Of a stretch of 64,000 bases of DNA, positions 60,786 through 64,000 are shown one piece after another; position 1 is the stretch's first letter, and each line of letters opens with the position of its first letter. The stretch covers positions 3,473 to 67,472 of the forward strand of contig CAYHWW010000002.1 in NCBI GenBank assembly GCA_964360145.1, written 5' to 3'. Under the pieces are notes generated by a model. That model saw only the letters and a program-made list of their open reading frames with translations. It had not been told where the DNA came from and did not search any database. This DNA comes from an uncultured Oligoflexia bacterium. Lineage in GTDB: Bacteria > Bdellovibrionota > UBA1018 > CAYHWW01. The position numbers were made by a program, and so were the translations under genes.

Positions 60786-62002
60786 AGCAAGCGACAGTGT
60801 CATTGGCCGATATTGAGCAGGCTCGTCAATTTCTTAAAACCATCATTGAGCCCACGCCGCTGCTTTACAACCAGTGGTTGAGTCAGAGCCTCGGCTTCGA
60901 GTGTTACCTGAAGCTGGAGAACATGCTGCCCATCGGCTCCTTCAAGCTCCGAGGCGCTGCCTACAAAATTTCCACCCTGACGTCGCAACAAAAGCGCAAG
61001 GGCGTCATCTGCGCCAGTGCCGGCAACCATGCGCAGGGTGTGGCTTGGGGCGCCCGTCATCTGGGCGTGGATGCCACCATCGTCATGCCCGAAGGTGCGA
61101 GCCTTGTGAAAGTGCAGAGCACCAAAGCCCTCGGTGCGAAGATTATATTCCACGGCAATAGCTATGATGAGGCTTTTACGGAGGCATCCGCCATTGCGCG
61201 TCGCACGGGTAAAGTTTTTGTCCACGCTTTTGAGGACAAATCCGTCATGGCTGGTCAGGGGACTATTGGTCTGGAGATTGTGGATCAGCTGCCAGAAGTT
61301 GATGCGGTGATCGGTTCCATTGGTGGTGGTGGTCTCATGGCTGGCGTGGGAACCGCGCTCAAAGCTCTCAAGCCACAGATCAAAATATACGGCTGTCAGG
61401 CGGCAGGGGCCCCGGCCATCTACCGGGCGCTCAAGTCCCACAAGGCACTGACTCTGGATCGGGTGGATACTTTCGCTGATGGCATCGCCGTGCGTTCAGC
61501 AAAGCCCGCCATGCTGAAGATCTTAAGGGGCGTGCTCGATGGGATCTATTTAGCAGATGACGAAGCCATCGCTGAGTCCATGCTCACCCTCATGGAAAAA
61601 GCGAAAACCGTGGCGGAAGCTTCCGCGGCCATCACGTTATCCATCGCTCAAAACATCCGCTCCAAGCTTAAGGGCCAGAAAGTCGTTCTCATCATCTGCG
61701 GAGGCAATGTGGACGTTAACGTCCTGGGCCGAGTCATTGACCGCGGTCTGATCAAGGCCGGGCGCCGCATTCGCCTCAATGTGCATATTTCCGACAGGCC
61801 CGGCTCACTAAGCGCGCTGACCGGTGTCATTGCCGCGGCAGGTGCTAACATTCTTCAGGCAATCCATGATCGCGGGGAGCTTTCCACGGGGCTCAATGAA
61901 ACCGGCGTGGAATTGACCCTGGAAACCCGCGGTCCGGAGCACACAAAGGAACTGTTGAAAAAATTGCGCACCGTGGTGACGCAATTGGATATGTTACACT
62001 GA
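60782..62002 (+). CDS. ilvA: threonine ammonia-lyase (threonine dehydratase) with C-terminal ACT-like domain
   Basis: PLP-Lys motif SFKLRGA, GGGGL glycine loop, C-terminal regulatory domain; ATG 60782 overlaps kce stop (ORF track 60656). Confidence 0.85.
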   Translation: MKQATVSLADIEQARQFLKTIIEPTPLLYNQWLSQSLGFECYLKLENMLPIGSFKLRGAAYKISTLTSQQKRKGVICASAGNHAQGVAWGARHLGVDATIVMPEGASLVKVQSTKALGAKIIFHGNSYDEAFTEASAIARRTGKVFVHAFEDKSVMAGQGTIGLEIVDQLPEVDAVIGSIGGGGLMAGVGTALKALKPQIKIYGCQAAGAPAIYRALKSHKALTLDRVDTFADGIAVRSAKPAMLKILRGVLDGIYLADDEAIAESMLTLMEKAKTVAEASAAITLSIAQNIRSKLKGQKVVLIICGGNVDVNVLGRVIDRGLIKAGRRIRLNVHISDRPGSLSALTGVIAAAGANILQAIHDRGELSTGLNETGVELTLETRGPEHTKELLKKLRTVVTQLDMLH

Positions 62003-62011
62003 GGGGACTTT

Positions 62012-62200
62012 ATGAAACACAAAGAGATGCCCAAGGGGCCGCTAACTAAAGTGGAATATGAGCTCGAAAAAGGCGTGGCTGAAACCATCCGCGCCATGGA
62101 GAAGTACACCAAGATTCCCACCACGGTTCTGGTGACTACTGCTCTCAAGCGGTTTATATCATCACACAAGGACTACCTCCCCACCGACTTCAAAGCGTAA
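62012..62200 (+). CDS. small hypothetical protein (62 aa)
   Basis: ORF 9 nt after ilvA stop with GAGGGGA-like RBS; no motif. Confidence 0.3.
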   Translation: MKHKEMPKGPLTKVEYELEKGVAETIRAMEKYTKIPTTVLVTTALKRFISSHKDYLPTDFKA

Positions 62201-62206
62201 GTAGGC

Positions 62207-62492
62207 TCGGTATTTCGCCACATAGCTTCGTTGTCGTCGTCGCGGCCTCCACGCAGCGCACAGGAGTGCGCTTTGGTCGGTCCGCTCCTCCTCCGCCTCG
62301 CTCTGCGGCGAAATCCCTTCGCCTACTCAGAAATTTGGTTGAGGATCCGCGGTAAAGCAGAGTCTACGAGTAGGCGAAGGTATTTTTCCTCCTGGCGAGG
62401 CGGAGGAGGAAGTGGCCGACCAAGGCGGGCTGCTGCCCGCCGCGTGGAGGCCACGACGACGACAACGAAGCCAGGAGGAAAAAGACCGAGCC
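62207..62492. repeat. about 285-bp imperfect inverted repeat built from two inverted copies of the 105-bp unit seen at 17409
   Basis: Arm 1 (62223-62328) and arm 2 (62368-62471) are mutual reverse complements (about 80% identity), separated by an about 39-bp spacer, with additional flanking complementarity GTAGGCTCGG/CCGAGCCTAC. Confidence 0.75.
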
Positions 62493-63091
62493 TACGGTTG
62501 GAGGATTGTTATGCGGTGGGCATCGTGGAGGAGACTCTGCGTGCTCTCAGCGGTGGGGTCGCTCACGGCACCAAAAGAGAGGGACACGCTTTCGGTGCCG
62601 TCTATGCGGCTCACGGATACGTGGGCTTGAGGCACCATGGTTTCCATGGGCATGCGATTGGCTCCGCGATTCAGTTCCACTAAAACGATGACGCGACCGT
62701 CATGGCCCGCTTCGGGCAAAAAGCCCTCACGCTCAATGGTGATCTCGCCACCGACCAAGGTCAGGTCTTTAAGTAAATCAGGATCTTGAATCGTAATGCG
62801 AGGCGCATCATCGTTGAGCAACTGGGCAAGGGCATTGGCGCGGCCACGGCTGCTGTAAAATCTGGTGCTCTCCACGGTGAGACGGGTTTCTTCGGAGGCT
62901 ACAGGCTCATCATCATCGCCGTGGTCATCAGAGGGAGAAATGGATACGGATGCCTCGGAGGAATCGCTCGCATGGTGGCCTAGCAATGCCTTGGGGATGC
63001 TCGAGCCACCACCGGCCCCGCAGCCACCGGCCAAGGTGGCCACTGTGCAGGTTGTCAGCAGAATCATCGCGAATCGGCGATTGGTGATCAT
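62492..63091 (-). CDS. hypothetical lipoprotein
   Basis: Signal peptide with lipobox LAGGCG after MITNRRFAMILLTT (ORF track start 63115); acidic Ser/Asp-rich linker. Confidence 0.45.
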   Translation of the reverse strand: MITNRRFAMILLTTCTVATLAGGCGAGGGSSIPKALLGHHASDSSEASVSISPSDDHGDDDEPVASEETRLTVESTRFYSSRGRANALAQLLNDDAPRITIQDPDLLKDLTLVGGEITIEREGFLPEAGHDGRVIVLVELNRGANRMPMETMVPQAHVSVSRIDGTESVSLSFGAVSDPTAESTQSLLHDAHRITILQP

Positions 63092-63234
63092 GAGGTTTCC
63101 TCCAAAATTCCCCAAGCTGGGGCGTCGCTATTATCCAAGCGTCGTGCCAAGACGAAACCTCGCTCCAGGCGGCGCTGAGGGCGCACGTCCGACCACTGGG
63201 TAGGCGGGTGTCTAAGATTTGGACAATGAAGTCG

Positions 63235-64000
63235 CTATCCCAGCGATTGCTCCAGCAGCTCAGCGACGTCTTTGACCACGACCTTGTCGCCCACATCTTT
63301 GGCCTTCACGCCGTCGGTCATCATGGTCATGCAGAAGGGGCAGTTGGCGGCGATGATTTTCGCGCCGGTTTCCAGTGCTTGTTCCGTGCGGGTGACGTTG
63401 ACCCGGGCGCCGATGTGTTCTTCCATCCACATGCGGCCGCCGCCAGCGCCGCAGCACATGGACTTGTTGGCGGACTTGGCCATTTCGGTGATCTTCACTC
63501 CGGGGATGGACTCCATGAGTTTTCGAGGAGCGGAATACTCGCCGTTCCATCGCCCCATGTAGCAGCTGTCGTGGTAGGTCACTGATTCCGTGAAGCCCTT
63601 CTGGGGCCTCAGCGCGCCCTTGGCGATGAGTTCTGCCAGCAGCTGGGTGTGGTGGATGACTTCGTAGTTGCCCCCGAAGTCCTTCCACTCATTTTTGATG
63701 GCATTGAAACAGTGGGGGCAGGCAGTGACCACTTTTTTTACGCCGTAGCGGTTCAACGTCGCGACGTTTTCTTTGATGAGCATTTGGGCGAGATATTCGT
63801 TGCCCATGCGGCGGGCGGGGTCGCCGGTGCACTTCTCTTCGTTGCCGAGGATGGCGAACTTCACGCCGGCCTTGTTCATGAGATTCACCAGGGCGCGGGA
63901 CACTTTTTTGTTGCGATCATCGAATGAGCCCGCGCAGCCCACCCAGAACAGGTAGTCCAGGGGCTCGCCCGCGACGTCGGCCATTTTCTTTACGCTAGAG
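63235..64000 (-). CDS. (Fe-S)-binding CCG-domain oxidoreductase subunit (GlpC/LutA/GlcF-like), 5' end probably beyond the window
   Basis: Two cysteine-rich CCG-type motifs (CPHCFN..., CCGAGGG...ANCPFCM); ORF reaches within 16 nt of the window edge. Confidence 0.65.
   Translation of the reverse strand, partial: SSVKKMADVAGEPLDYLFWVGCAGSFDDRNKKVSRALVNLMNKAGVKFAILGNEEKCTGDPARRMGNEYLAQMLIKENVATLNRYGVKKVVTACPHCFNAIKNEWKDFGGNYEVIHHTQLLAELIAKGALRPQKGFTESVTYHDSCYMGRWNGEYSAPRKLMESIPGVKITEMAKSANKSMCCGAGGGRMWMEEHIGARVNVTRTEQALETGAKIIAANCPFCMTMMTDGVKAKDVGDKVVVKDVAELLEQSLG

Noticed and set aside
62231-62683. 150-aa + strand ORF (MSSSRPPRSAQE...)
   Set aside because: It is translated across the long inverted-repeat element and then antisense to the lipoprotein gene. 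Its R/G-rich repetitive composition is a repeat-derived artefact.

Overview
This is a high-GC (about 58-60%) Gram-negative chromosomal segment, apparently origin-proximal. The gene content has a deltaproteobacterial or Bdellovibrionota-like flavour: bactofilin next to parAB, csrA-fliW, and an F1Fo operon without atpBE. Read left to right:

- 51-4911: a short-chain acyl-CoA module, hbd, crt, an acyl-CoA dehydrogenase, and a split B12-dependent acyl-CoA mutase whose active-site signature is isobutyryl-CoA-mutase-like.
- 4926-6509: an aldehyde dehydrogenase on the minus strand.
- 6563-6636: tRNA-Gly(CCC).
- 6725-11215: mnmG, rsmG, parA and parB, bracketed by two identical 16-bp palindromic parS-like sites, then a bactofilin gene.
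- 11666-17389: an ATP synthase operon running b', b, delta, alpha, gamma, beta, epsilon, with no a or c subunit.
- 17409-17513: an about 105-bp intergenic repeat unit that recurs as a long inverted pair at 62207-62492.
- 17626-26998: an 847-aa Pro/Ala-rich secreted-type protein, a lytic transglycosylase, xseB, tlyA, a patatin-like lipoprotein, PBP1A and a TonB-like protein.
- 26982-32674, minus strand: a one-carbon operon, folD-gcvT-gcvH-gcvP, plus a small unknown ORF.
- 32924-42152: a flagellar rod, ring and hook-associated block, flgF-G-A-H-I-J(rod-binding only)-M-N-K-L, followed by csrA and fliW.
- 42221-44317, minus strand: a Gly/Tyr/Arg-rich lipoprotein, a TPR protein and a BamD-like protein.
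- 44407-49882: an arginine succinyltransferase (AST)-like cluster, a class III aminotransferase, an M20 hydrolase, astA and astD.
- 49913-53535: a sulfide:quinone-oxidoreductase-like gene paired with DsrE, a glycine-zipper membrane protein, and a secreted unknown.
- 53716-62002: the most interesting block. It is a lysine-fermentation-type cluster, with a Leu-dehydrogenase-like gene, kdd, kamD, kamE, a MoxR AAA+ ATPase, a VWA protein, kce and a threonine dehydratase. The MoxR/VWA pair embedded between the B12-dependent 5,6-aminomutase genes and kce is a candidate dedicated reactivase or maturation system.

I see no CRISPR array, rRNA, integrase or transposase.
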